Source: Ptychomitrium polyphyllum (lineage: Eukaryota). From it: a DNA stretch of 64,000 bases. Positions 1 through 13,198 of this stretch are shown here, in pieces. The stretch lies in NCBI GenBank assembly GCA_973851085.1, contig OZ316775.1, forward strand, positions 19,840,001 through 19,904,000. The letters run 5' to 3'. The notes beneath the pieces were generated by a model. It worked only from the letters and a program-made list of their open reading frames with translations, was not told the DNA's origin and made no database searches. A program made the translations under genes and the position numbers. The first letter of the stretch is position 1. Each line of letters begins with the position of its first letter.

Positions 1-21
1 CTGGCTTCCCCGCTCCTTTCT

Positions 22-583
22 TGTCATAACACGAGGCTCACCGCCACACATGATAGGTTGATTAAAACCCCCTGCACCAACGCCCAATGTAATCAGCCAC
101 TCTACAGCGAATCTGAATGTCCTCTAGGACAGCTGTAAGGATGCGCTTCCAAGCGAAAGGAGGGGCAGTGTCGATGTACCATTAAATCCAATTCCATATT
201 CAGAATTAGGAGTCAGCTCGCTAGCAGAAGGGTTGAAGTAAATAGTCAGCAATTGCCCCTACAGGAATATTCACACCCTCCACCAATTAATTTAATATCA
301 CTAACAAAAGGGGTGTAAATGGCACTCCGATCCTTTACAAATAAACAAAAAGAAAAGGCGTCATTTTGTAAAATTTAACAGGATAGGTATCATTAGCTGT
401 TCAACAACACTATCTTTGTTCACTACTAAAGCACACAAGTATCTCTTATAAGGACGTTTACTACTAGTGTGCATACTGAAGAACTTGAGCTTTGCAATCA
501 GAGCCTCTACCAACGTTTGTTGCTATTGCTTACAGAAGTCGGTGGTCGGCCATTATGGGTATCCCAAAAAACAGTGGCGCGCC
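22..583 (+). mobile_element. Putative LTR end plus primer-binding site of a Tat/Retand-like Ty3/gypsy element
   Basis: ...AAAAAACA (ends 573), one spacer base, then TGGCGCGCC (575-583), which resembles the tRNA-Arg-type PBS of Tat-lineage elements. TATA-like CTCTTATAAGG near 445. The 5' boundary TGTCATAAC at 22 is a guess. No second LTR or gag/pol ORF is seen. Confidence 0.35.
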
Positions 584-3500
584 CCATCTCAAAATCTGCC
601 CACGTTGGTAACTTGTACCTGCTAGGATAAACCCTTACTGCTCAATATGAAATTCAACCCCAGTGGAATGTTTTAACTCTACCTGCTCACATCAGATGTG
701 ACTTTCTATACCCTTCAGCCTTTAAACTTAACCTCAAAATGAAGACGAGAATCACATCTTACACAACGAGAAAAACAAGAGATGGAGTCTTAAATTCTAA
801 CTGCATAACAACTCGGCAAGAAGGAATTGCTTGAGAAAGAAGTCATGATGTTTTTGAGATCCAGAAAGGTCGGTTGTTAACCAAGGTTTTGCACATACTC
901 TTTCACGCCAGTATTTACAATAGCTGTCGCAGTGACCATTCGTGGCATTCCTTTCGAGTTCTGTGAGCACACAGCTTTTGCCCCAGGTGCTAGATTCACT
1001 CCATGGAAACGAGACACTGCATGCACCGTCTCAAAACAAAACAAGTCTCAGAATATTGACTCACATGTTAGAACGGCTCCAGCGTCAGAACTACTTGACC
1101 CGAAAATAAGAACATCATCCCATACGCCAGATCATTATCAATTATAATTCCAAATGTCCACTAGCGCTGCTTCCAAGATCCTTGACTATCAACATTGCGA
1201 TTCTTGGCTGGGGGCACCACGTAACCCTTGAGAAGACAAGGATAAAACCCTCAAAACATGCATCATGGAGTGTTCTTCCAATGAAGATAAAATCTAGAGC
1301 TTCAACCACACGGTGGAATGTAAGGCTATACTAAGTACTAAACAAGAAGTCTCTTCCGATACGTTGGAACTTGGGCTCTAGAAGGAACTGATTTTAAAAG
1401 GACATAGCCTAACCTTATTCGTTCGATATCCAAACAGCGCCACAAACTGTCCTGGATTCTAGAGTACATGATCATCACGAATTCCAACAACCTCCTCTCA
1501 AAACCTCGCTCCTTCTCCACATAGTACAAAAGTCTGCTACCTAGGTTTTTCCTAACCCATTTACCCTAAATTTTGCAAGGAAATATTCAGAGGAGCGCAG
1601 CGGAATCCACCCTTCTCCACAAAGAAAGCAATTCTAGTATCCTCCCAGAACCATCGCACGAATCCACAAAATTCTAACAAAAACCTCGTACCATTCAGCA
1701 AAAGCATCCCCATATACTAAACCTCCACCCCCATGCAAACAAGACATCAGATCAAAAATCCCTTAAAAACTCCCACATCATCACCCCAGGTTCACATCCT
1801 ACAGGATCCCGGAGCACCCAGCTCAACATCACAAGATGATCAGAGTCCGAAAGCATACACACCCAGAGTAGGCCTCCGCTGAGTCCCGGCTGATTCATGG
1901 CCTGTGGCGGCAGAAGCGATGAGCGAGGACCAGCTTGCGATGGTGGCCATGGCAGGTTGGCAGCGCCCCTGTGCTCCCTAGATCTCTCGCTCCTCCGAAC
2001 TCTTGCTCTGTTGTGGTGTGGTGAGCATGCAAAGACCACACCTTGGAAAGAGAACTTCAGAAGTGAAGGCAGTTTGGTGAAAAGGCGGAGCTTTTCACCA
2101 CCTTTGCTTGAATTGGTGTGATTTGGGCCATTTGGCCTATTTCGGGAAGCAGTTAGCGCACATCATTTCTACGGATGGCTTGGATTCTGGGGTTTTCACT
2201 AGTGTTGGTGGATAAGGAGTATTCTTTGGACACACGAGCATCTCCAGCAAAGTTCATGCAATCGATTCCTTTCATCAGAAACACTGCCCTTTCCTCAACT
2301 TCTGGAAGCAGCAGTTGTAATTATCGTCGCAACATTATACACCATATGAAGTATGTATAATGTATTATATCTATATATATATAACACAATATACAATATA
2401 CAGTATGTGTATGCTGTATAGTATGTGTACTCTGTAGGTTTGTTAACTTTTTGATTTTTTTACTCCGAGAGGAATACTTGTAATTCCAGTGTAGATTCCA
2501 GTGGAGGGCTGCCCCCATAGTTTCAGAACGCTTTCGGATGGTACATACTAGTACAGGCTTTTTGTTTCATTAGTATAAAAAGACAAGTGTATGATTAGTT
2601 TGTGTTAGAAAAAAAGGATAAAGGTAGCTATTGTAACAACAAATTCATTGTAATAACTTAAAATATTGCACAAAAATTTAGAAAGTAAAATGGGTAAATA
2701 ATGATATACATTAAGAATGAAAAAGAAGAAGAATGACAATTGTAGAGAAGAAGTTGTAAATGTAAGTAGTTTTTTGCTACATTATAATTCAATGTTTGTA
2801 GAACATACAATAGGGGTGTATAGGTGCTTCTTCTTTAGCAATACTTATTAGGTTAGTAAATAGTCTAAGAATGATGATTTTTATTTGAGAATTAAATGAA
2901 TACTATGTATGTCACTAGAATGTAGTACATATAGGATGCAGATAAGTTCATAGTTCACAATTCATAATGTAAAATGTTTTCACTTACTTTCAACAAGTTG
3001 CACTACTTATGATATTACAAAATATTGAAGGGAAATGAATGTGAAAGAACTACAAATTTGATAATGGTTGTGGTACTTGATATATTGTATATTACAAGCT
3101 TTATTCACACGAGAGCTATTTAACTAACTAATTTTATCATTTTCATTGCTTCAATTGAGCTCCTAACATTTAGAATTTTTTTGTTAAAATGCAATCAAAT
3201 GTGGATACAGTAGCTTATCACGTGTTGTTCCATTAGAGCAAGTTTTTAAATATAAATATAAATACGAAAACAAGTAAACAAATGTGGTGTTGTTTGGTTT
3301 GACATAAGTGGACATTTCTTGGACTCATATGAATTTCCAGTAGCTCCTCACCAAAAATGGCCACGTAGATTAAATACACAGTGCATGCCCTGTTTCCGAA
3401 TTTGTGTTTTGTACTTCCTCTTGAGTTTGGTTTTTTTTGGATACGAGTCCCTTCTAAATTTCAATAGCCTTTCAGAGAACGCATCTTTTTCCACCATTAT

Positions 3501-4162
3501 AATACTTAAAAAACTTTTTTCGGAAACTCAAAAAGCAGTTTTTCCCCTTCTTTCCTTCCTTAATGCTAAACTGGCAACCGATAATATTTGGGTGCCATAA
3601 GAATGGTGATAAATAATTCTTCATCCACATTTTTGAATTATTTTCATCCAAAATTAGCAAACTCTTCAAAAGAATAGGATCACCTGTAGGGAGACCTCTG
3701 GCAACAGTTGTACAGAAATTCCCTGTTCTAAACAGCATCAAAATTCAGGACCTGGACTCAATGTACCGTCAGAGAAGAACAAAGTTCAACTACCCCGAAC
3801 ACAATCCATCCACACCCAGCAAAGTTCATCCAGGCGGCACAGAATTTGTCAGCAGCATATTTTATCCAAATGTGACAGAGTGCATCAACGTAAAATACAT
3901 TTTATTCTGTAGGAACAGAGTTCATCTTCAGTGGACAGAATTTGCATCTAATGAAACTGTTTAACCTATACTGAAGCAGTCATCCACTCAGACGAGAGCA
4001 GTCAGTTGTGTGATTGGGAAGAAGAAACCCAAAACTAGGTTCTTGGGCACCGATTCTGAGTTTGCAGCGTGCAGCGAGACCTTCACGAGAACATTACAAC
4101 ACAAACTCAAGGTGGGATTGTGATCATGGAGGCCGGGAGGTGCTGCTCAGAATGAAACAGTA

Positions 4163-7100
4163 ATGGAAAACTTCGGGACAGCCAACCTAAAGCTTAAGAT
4201 GAAGATGAAGAGGAAGGTGACGATGGAGATGGAGATGGAGATGGCGATGGAGGCAACGGGGGAGCCGAACTCCAAGAGAATGGGCAATAAGGTGTCGTGG
4301 GACAGTGCTACTGCTCATGTGCTGCTGCTCATCTTCGCACGTCTGCCTATAGCTTCCATTGCTCGCGTTTCTGCCGTCTGCACTTCCTGGTGCGTTGTGG
4401 CTATCATTGTCATCTCTTTCATCGTTTCTGAGTTCGAGGGTTTTTTGGGTTATGTCAGGGTTTTCCGTTTTGTGATCCTGATTTTTTGAGTGGATTGGGA
4501 GATCCGTGGTGTGAGGTGATGGCGGTTTGGACTTGGGTTCTTTCTTGACAGGGGAGATGTTGGTTTGGGTTTTGAATTTTTGAATATTTTAGTGATTTTC
4601 TTACAATCCAGGTTTTGGTTATTTAGCTCTGTTGGTGGATTGCAATCAAATTTACAGGGGAGCAGGACTATTTCTACATGGACGTATTAATTGAGAATTG
4701 GAAGCATAATTTATTGCAGGCATAATGTTGTAAGGAATTCTTCATTTTTATGGGAGAAAGCAAGCGAGGAGCAGAAGAAGGAGCTGAAACTTAGGTTCCC
4801 GGAGTTAGATATTAAGTTAGCCAGTGAACTGGTTTCTAAAACGAGAGCAATTGCAATGCGCCAACGGGCCCATCTTGTTCATGGTAGCATGGATTCTCGT
4901 TGGTGGAAGGGTCATCCATCAAGGCAAGCACTGTCTTTTTCATTTTTATTCTGGTGAATGATTCTTGGGTCTTTAGCTTCACTTGATAAAATATGAATCC
5001 AACTCTTTAAACATCATGATGTAGGAAGTTTGGTTTCATTGTCGAGAAGTTTTAAGTCGATTGCATGCACATGGAGTTGTTGATTTGTTGCTAGAACTGA
5101 TCTGTATGGGTCAGGTGGGGATCAATATGGGAGGGACAGGGTTGATTGCTGCCGCATGAGTATGGACACAATTGTCAGTGGCTCTATTGATCAGGTACAG
5201 TGCTTATATGATATCTGTATGTTTAGCAGATTTCTTGAATTGTGAAGTTGCAGAGATGGGATCGTTCCTAGGCTTTCGGTTGTACTGGATATTTGAAGAG
5301 CTGCCTTCAAAGCAGCGTTTGGCTTCTGTCACGGTATTGTGTTTTTATACTAGCTATGGACTGAAAGCATCCTCTGCCAAGTCCTTCCTGTGCACTTACC
5401 AGGGGTATTTGTGCCTTTAGATTATACGAGTATGGTCTGCAACTTCTCTACATTGTTTGGAGGAGTACAAAGTTACCAAGCCTAAATCAGCTATAGTTGA
5501 TCTTGAGTTTGATCCCAACAAGGTAAAAACTCAATATTTATCATTGTGACTGTATTGTACATCTCTAGTCGTGGATTATTTAGTTTTCTTTGTTTGAACT
5601 TCTAAAGTGTAAAAATGAACAAGTTACAAACCAAGTTTGTATATTCTGGCAGAGCATATAGCGGTTGTTTGTCCGTGTTTCCAATAACATTCAGGGAAGT
5701 ATGCAATTCAAACTTTGTGTCAATCTCACGCTCTGCTAGGGACAGCGATGAGATAATTATTTCGCTTAATGACATGTGTTTAGGATCCTGGCGATGCGGT
5801 GTTAACAATCACGTCGTTCTAGAGATACACTGTTTGATACTTGATGTACGGGACATGAGGCAGATTATAGCAGCAACGGGAACAGAGGTTTGGATATGGA
5901 ATCGGAACAGAGGAGGACGCGTGACTCATAAGATGGGTGGTCATGATTTGCGTCTCTATTGCTTAAGGTAAGAGTGGTTATATACTTCTTGGTATGATAA
6001 TTTATGCTGTGCACTTCAAAAATAGGAGTTTTAAAGTGCTGCTTTTCTCTATTTTTGGGATGCAGCTGCTCAGAATCGGAGGTGGCAGTTGGTTGTGCTG
6101 ATGGTACTGCCCGCATTTACGATCTGTATGGTGGCCGCTGCTCCCGCATATTGAGGTTGCTAGTCTTCCCTTCGAGGATAGAACAGTCTTTTACCTGAAC
6201 CTGGGATCTTTTAAAGTGAAGGCAAAGAGCTACACATGTTACTTTACGACGTAGTTGCATCACATCTGGGTTAAACCATGTAGCCTTGTAGGAAGAGCTG
6301 CGTTCTTTGTTGCTAGTAATAATAACAGCTTAGGAGCAAGACAGTCTTGTGTGGCTTATTATTGCGCACTTGTGAAGATGACGAGAATTATACAGAATTG
6401 TTAACTTACTATGTGTTCCTTTAATGGATTCCCACTCGTGATTTTAGAAATCCAACTCACAGCTACATTGGAGGAAACAAAGAGCCCTTAGTTTGCTTCA
6501 GCTGCACCGTGAATTTACTGGATGCAATCACTTGTGGGAACATGTTTTGCTGATATTTTCAGGGATGCAGGTGCCATTCTGCAGCTGTGTCGACTTTATC
6601 TGTTCAAGAAGATATGCAACTGCTAGCTAGTGGGTCTAGGGACGGCTCTGTGCATGTCTGCGACAGCTCATCTGGTGAAATTGTGGTTCGTCTATTGCGA
6701 CCGAACTCCATGAGAGGTCTACTTTCTGCTTCGCTTTATACTTTGCACAAGTACTTGAACCTCCAGTACACACGCAAACTTGTAGAGACATGCAATTTAG
6801 GGGACTTGTAAACCACATTGTAATACAAAATTGATTCTTGAATATCATTTCACATTTCCCCACTAAGTTAGATCTGCAGTACCTTGTTACCTTGGATCTT
6901 CTGTTTTCGCTTCTATAGACGTGTATCTTTCATGTTTTTGGTTCGGTCCTACGAATAATGAAGTACTTCCTCTCTCTAAGATTTTACTTGCTCTGCAGAG
7001 GTGGAGTGCTTGCAGTGGGATAGAAATGGTCATTTTCTATTTGCAGGGACATCAGTGGGTCGTCTTTGTTGTTGGGATGTAAGGTAAATTTACTTTTTCT

Positions 7101-7701
7101 TATTCATGATTATATGACTAGTGCTTAGCCTTATGCAGTTTTTCCTGTCAAGAAATTCATTACTTTATCTGCTAGCAGTGTAATTTCTTAACCGTTGCTT
7201 ATGTAAATTAGTCCATGTTCCCCTTTGAAGTTTTATTTTGTACAATCAGATCATATCTGACCTTGCAGCTTGTAAAGCATTTGCAATTTCTATGGTTGTT
7301 TTAATGAATTGAGGGCTCTCTTGCCCCTCTTGTTTTCTACAAGGAAACAGCAAATTCTATGGCAAGAATGTCATGACAAGAGCGTTATGAAAAGTCTGCA
7401 TTTGCAAAAATATGCTCCAGAGACACTAGTTACAGGAAGCATGGATGGAAGAGTGCGTGTATGGGATTCCTCCTCTGGAAAAATTCTTAAGTCATTCAGA
7501 CCTAGTGACAGCTCAAGCGCTAATGCTGGTTCCGAGTCAAGCTGGAGTGAGACGGCAGTTCCAATGGGAGGCGTATCCAACAGTTCAAGTGTACTGGTGC
7601 CTCTAAAGCAGAAGCCTATTTTGTGCGTCAGGGTTGGTTCAACCCGGGTACTTAGTTCACACACAGATGGCAGCCTTGCTTTATGTCAATTTCGGTTCTG
7701 A
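4163..7701 (+). CDS. F-box/WD40-repeat protein (At3g52030-like), 9 exons, about 456 aa
   Basis: Exons 4163-4389, 4720-4923, 5140-5194, 5421-5522, 5864-5967, 6066-6155, 6571-6716, 6999-7083, 7344-7701 total 1371 nt in frame. F-box: HVLLLIFARLPIASIARVSAVCTSWHNVV. WD40 motifs: KGHPSRVDCCRM..IVSGSIDQIIRVWS, AVGCADGTARIYD, LASGSRDGSVHVCD, LVTGSMDGRVRVWD. Intron 2 needs a GC donor. Confidence 0.9.
4199..4252 (+). repeat. Coding hexamer repeat (ATGAAG/ATGGAG) giving MKMKRKVTMEMEMEMAME
   Basis: Visible directly in exon 1 of the F-box gene. Confidence 0.75.
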
Positions 7702-10700
7702 GAATCATAGTAGACACTATTAAGATTTCGTACTCTCAGGCTCGCTTGAATACTTTGCAACATTCTTAACGAAGGTCCTTATGTTTTGTTCTAGTTGAAG
7801 TGTTCAAATTGTACACAGCTCTAAGTAACAAGGGGATGTTAACTGGTTTTTTCTTTGAAGAATTTATTAGGCCAACAGTGTGTGTATGCTAACGTACTCT
7901 AGCAGTAGTAGAAGACATGAACGTGCATGGAAGTTATATCTGCAGTCTTAATGATGGCTAGTCAAGACCCTTGGAAGCCAGTTTTCATTGTGGGCTCTTT
8001 TTGCGTGTATCATTGACAAATTCTGCGAAGTAGGCGGGGAGCAGTTAGTGTTCTTGATGCTCAAGAGTTTCTTAGGATTTTCCAACTTAAGAGTAGACTG
8101 GATTTTATAGAGCAGCTTAGAGTTGGTGAGTTCTACCCCTCGTTGAAGTAAGCTAGCTGCTACACTGACGTGAAGACATTGAGTTTAAATCTCCAAAACT
8201 TGGTTTTAAAGGAAATCACTGGTAGCAATAGGTCTCTATGGTTGTCAGGCAATTCCTCTGTTATGGGCAGCTACGCCAGTGCCTCATATGTATCTGTGCA
8301 TCACAGTCTGTGATTCATTGCCTTAAAATAGATGTTTTTCTGTATTTCTCGTCAAACCAATTGGATATGGTACCGGTAATGTAGCAAGCAAGGTGGGGGT
8401 CTCAGGAAGTCACAAAATTCCTAGGACTCACTGACAAGATCGGCCTCTTCAGACATGAAAAACAAAATAATTTTGCTACAGAAGTTAATCTTCCCTCAGA
8501 GATTACAGTGGGATGCACTGCCACATTTTGGCAATGGAATGAATCATTTTTTTGGCACTAAGAAACAAGTTTCATAACAGACTTGAACTTACTTGGAAGT
8601 GAATCAACTTGTTTGTGAGAAATGGAAAAAACCTGACAACGGCATGTTCAGCACTCATTGCCTGTTAATTGCAGTCTCCATCCTTAACCTAATAGCTCTC
8701 ACACTCCATCTGTGTATGTGACAACCCTTCACGTCTCATAACTTAAGTTACAAGGTTTAGGAGACCAAGGACATGGAAGAACTCGAAGTACAGTATTTGT
8801 ACAGTCCTGTTTAGAACACAGATAGTCTTTCTGGAAATTAAATACAGGCCCCATTCTGGTTGATTGATGGTAATTGCATGACCTCATCCTTTGTTGTACA
8901 TGTTAAATTACCAACGTGAACTTTATTATACATGGTAAGACAATTGGTGTTTTGTAAGTTCAGGGCAGCTGGGCTAGAGCCAGGGATGTGAGGTGTCTAT
9001 TACAATTTTCATCAAAATATGGGTTACCAACTCTGTTGTTACAGAGATGTATCAGAAACCTATCTGTCTGTCCTAACTCCTACTCCTCATGGTGTAACAC
9101 TTACCTAGAATTCTTTTATTCTCAGCCAAATACTTTCTGTTAATCTGCTGTTGTTCACCTACTGCACCAGTCTCCAAGTCCATGAGCTTCACTGTTGCAA
9201 GCACCCAAAAAGATTACAGAGAATCAAAGATCTGGCTATATTCATTCACTCAAAATAGTTTTGAAGTGAAAACAGCTCACACTCAAGGATATCACAGGGA
9301 GACTTACAAAATATCTTGAGACTAACATCTCGAGGCTTGAGCTATGTTTATTAAAAGCTCATGTGGGTAATTTGACCTATACTTTAAGGCTAGGCTAAGT
9401 CTGATAAGATTTGGACATGGATTGGTTGTCGACTTGATATGGAGTTATGAAATTACTGCAGAGATTATGACAAGTGAGATTAAATTTTAAGCTGTTAAAA
9501 ACAAGTTATAAATAGAAAGAGCATGTTTGACTCTGGAGGAGTCAGGGTCAACTTGGAATGATGACAGCAACTGAGTTAAGATGACATTCTTTAGCAAGCT
9601 TGCTAGTCATCCTGGAATAGAGGATTGAATTCCAATATTTTCAATTTTGAATGTTCATAATTTGTTCATACAATATTCAAAGAATATGTTTTAAAATGTA
9701 TTAGAATTCTTCATCTTGTATAAGAATGATTCAAATGAAAAGTCTATGGTTTATAAATAGTAATTATACTCAATTGCCTTAAAAGTACATTTGTGGGTGA
9801 GAACAATCCATCCTAATTTCTTAAAGAAGTTGTGAGATTGAGGTTTTCTAACTGAATTCTATTAAGTTCATTGCAATTTTGTTAGGAAATAGTTTCAATC
9901 GGAATCTCCAATTGGCATATCCAACTTGTATAACATCTTCTTTAGTAGTTAGAAAAATTTACCTTCATTGTAAAAAGTAGAAATTAGAAAAAAATGATAA
10001 TGAGAGCATGTGATATTGAATACTTAAAGACATGAGTTTAGTATTTTTTGGTTTTTATTTTTTGAAGAATCATTGCAAACAAGTAGGCTCACTTATAAGT
10101 AGAATGAAAGTTATGTTATCCGTTATAAAAACCACAATAAAATTTATACTAAATGTTGAAATACAAAAAAATTAAAACATACAAAATTCCAAGAATTTGT
10201 TTTAGGAAAATAAGCCTCCAGCTTGTTCTACTTGCAATCATATTGCCAACTTAAAAAAATATCTTTTCATTTAAATGGTCTCAAACTTGTCAATAAGACT
10301 TGTGGCACTCTCCACCTTATTACTATGTAGATTGTTCTATCATGATTTAAAGAAGACATAAGTTTAGTTTAGTAACTTGACTCATAGATTTTCTCAATTA
10401 ATATAACACATATCTCAAGGAGGAAATATACCTTTAAATAACAAAATGATTCCTTGAATATCAAATGACAAAGGACTTCAAAGGAGTCACTCAAAGTGAA
10501 GAATGTTATGTAGATATGAAATGAAGCAAAGAATGCAAACTTGCCATACATTTACTGTAGTACCGGACAGATGGATGTTGAGTTTATGGACCATTAATTT
10601 GACAGCCCTAAGTTGTTTTTATTGTACGCTTGGTACATTTGTTTTGGTGGTTGTGAAATGTAAGGTGTAGGGTCTGTGCAATGGGTTCCTGTGCCAGCCG

Positions 10701-13198
10701 GCAGCATTGTCTCCAGATGCTCTAGATCCTAGGAGGATGACCAGTGAAATCATTACTTCTTTGCTTTTTGCATGTACAAGGCAGTGAATTAGATAATGAA
10801 TGCTGAAGTTATGCTGAAGGAGGTTGTAGTCTAAGAGTGAGTACTTCATTGGACTTAGTGTAATTGGCTACAAATAGAAAGGGTGGGAAGGGTTGCATTT
10901 TTTGCGATGCTGCATCATCACACTACATCCCCATGCAAAGCCAAATTCCTATGTCACACCCATGTACTCAGTTGTTAATTGCTCAGCACATATATTAGAG
11001 ATGGGCCACCCACTCCCGCTGCACAGATAATTCAACTCTAGTGCAAGTTACCTTTCTCCTTGTCCACTGAGAACTAAAGCCTTTGGGAATACTTGATTGC
11101 TTTGGAGCACCTCAAAAAGTCTTTTTCCATACTACCATAATCCTGAACTTGCCTTCTGGGTCATGCTCAAATTATCATGTTATTTAATAAACGTCCATAA
11201 AGTCTACCTTTGTAAGAAAATACCAATTACATAAGTGTACTGAGCACTAAGTTATCTACATCAGAAAATATCTTATATGTTATATTAACATGGAGTATGG
11301 TATCAAAATGAATCATATTCCACATTAGTTTGATGTCATTTGATGATATTGGAGTTTGACATCAGAATGATATAGATTACAATGTTATCAAAATGACAAG
11401 TTACTATTTTGACAGTAATGATTATTCTCCAATTGCACTGATGTAATTAGTTTTGGTAGTATATCAATGTTCAGTACTCTTCATTCCTTCTGAAACACAT
11501 GAACAGGCAAGAATGGGTACTCTTTCATTCATTTTCCCTGGTTTGAAGTTGCTCTTCAGTTAATTTTTACTCAGTGCCTAAAGTCTTACAGATTGTGTTA
11601 AAAAGACAAAGAATTTTTTCTTCCTCTCCATTTTGAATTTACCTGTGGTTATCATTTGGGTCCCACATCTATACTTTTGACCTCCAGCTGTTCAAATGAT
11701 AGTCTACTGTGTAGGCAATGTCCATCAGAGAGTACATTGATGCATTGTTCTTCTCTGCCTCCTCTTTTGCTGTATTGTCCAGTACCATATTATACATGCA
11801 GAATGATTTCAGAACTAGCCAGTGTCTAGTTTGCCCAACCACAATGTTTACTGTTCAAAACATCTACAACTTGTTACTATTCAGAGTGTCGTGCAGCCGC
11901 ACAAGTTACTTATTAGTATGATGTTCCCATATGGAAGTCCTGCACGGACATTTTGGTGCTCTTAAGTCCAGAAGCCTCTGAACATCTGAAGGGACGAGTT
12001 ATGCATGGTGCTGGCAGGGCACTTTCCAACATAAATGATGATCGTGCTACCTGGACCTGGTGTACTGATTCAGCTCACCATTAAGCTGTCTTGTAAGGTA
12101 TCAGTGCCAACCACACAACAGGCAGTATATTGCAAGCTCTCAGATTCAAGCTCTCTGGGTGCTGAATTTGGCAGTGTGGCATGTTCATGCGCATTCCTGC
12201 ACATTCCTCTGCTACAGTACTGCCATCTCTCACCTCTCACGTTGCAACAAACCATCCGGCACATTGCCAGCTTCAAACTGCAGTCTTCTGCAACTCCTCA
12301 AGTAGATCCACATTGTGTGCAGGTCGATTGGTGGTTCATCAAGTTCTCATCAGCTGCTTTGTTGTGATATTCTGTAACTGATCGTTTGGTGGTCAGATTG
12401 TTGCCTTCGCCGGAGCTTGACCAAGGATTTCCTTTCTTGATGGTGATGAATCATTTGGGGCGTGATGAGTGATGGGTGATAGGTGTCAGCTCTTGCAGCC
12501 ATGGTGGTGCTGAAGTAGAACCTGTGGCGCGATCGGTGGGTTGGGTGAAGTAGACGTGGGAGATCATCCCAATCAGGTGAGCACTATTATTCACTGCGCT
12601 GCACTTTAATTTCTTGGTTGTGATATGCTGTAGCTTTCCTGAGCGTTTTCTCTTGCATTGTGTTGGTGAAGCAGGCGCTGCATGTGTTGATCGATTGCTC
12701 TGGAAGTATAAGCTGTGCATGTCCTTTGTCAAGTTTCTGTGTTAGAAGATTCACCCTACAGATCGAGAAACAGTTCTGCTAAGAAAGTTCTATTTCTTAT
12801 TGCGAGTGATATAGTGACGTTGCAAGTTAAGACTGAACCATGTAGACGTCAATGGAGCACAGCAAGGTCACCAAGAGTCATGTTCGATTAACAGGTCGGA
12901 AGCAAACTGTTAATTTCATGTTTCTAAGTTTTAGGTTTTCGGCCATGATTACAGTTTCCTTCTGTCGCAGTACCTAGTGTCTGAGGATAATACGTAAGAG
13001 GGGATCGATCTGGTATCTAAACATGAATTTTGACATAGATTTGAATAATGTTTATGACTGTCGTGACTCGTGAACTTCATTTCTGCAAATCGGTTTTAGT
13101 GCTCCACAAGCTGTTCCAAAACGAGGCTGCAGCTGGGGTTTGGACATAAGATCGCTTGAGTGATATGAAGGACTATTAGCAGAGACCCGAGGTGCAAG

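Noticed and set aside
3385..3530. Short inverted repeat GTTTCCGAA/TTCGGAAAC suggesting a MITE
   Set aside because: Only 9 bp, with no clear target-site duplication.
10560..12740. Short ORFs upstream of the ARM gene
   Set aside because: No recognisable domain or exon chain; could be UTR, intron or old repeat.
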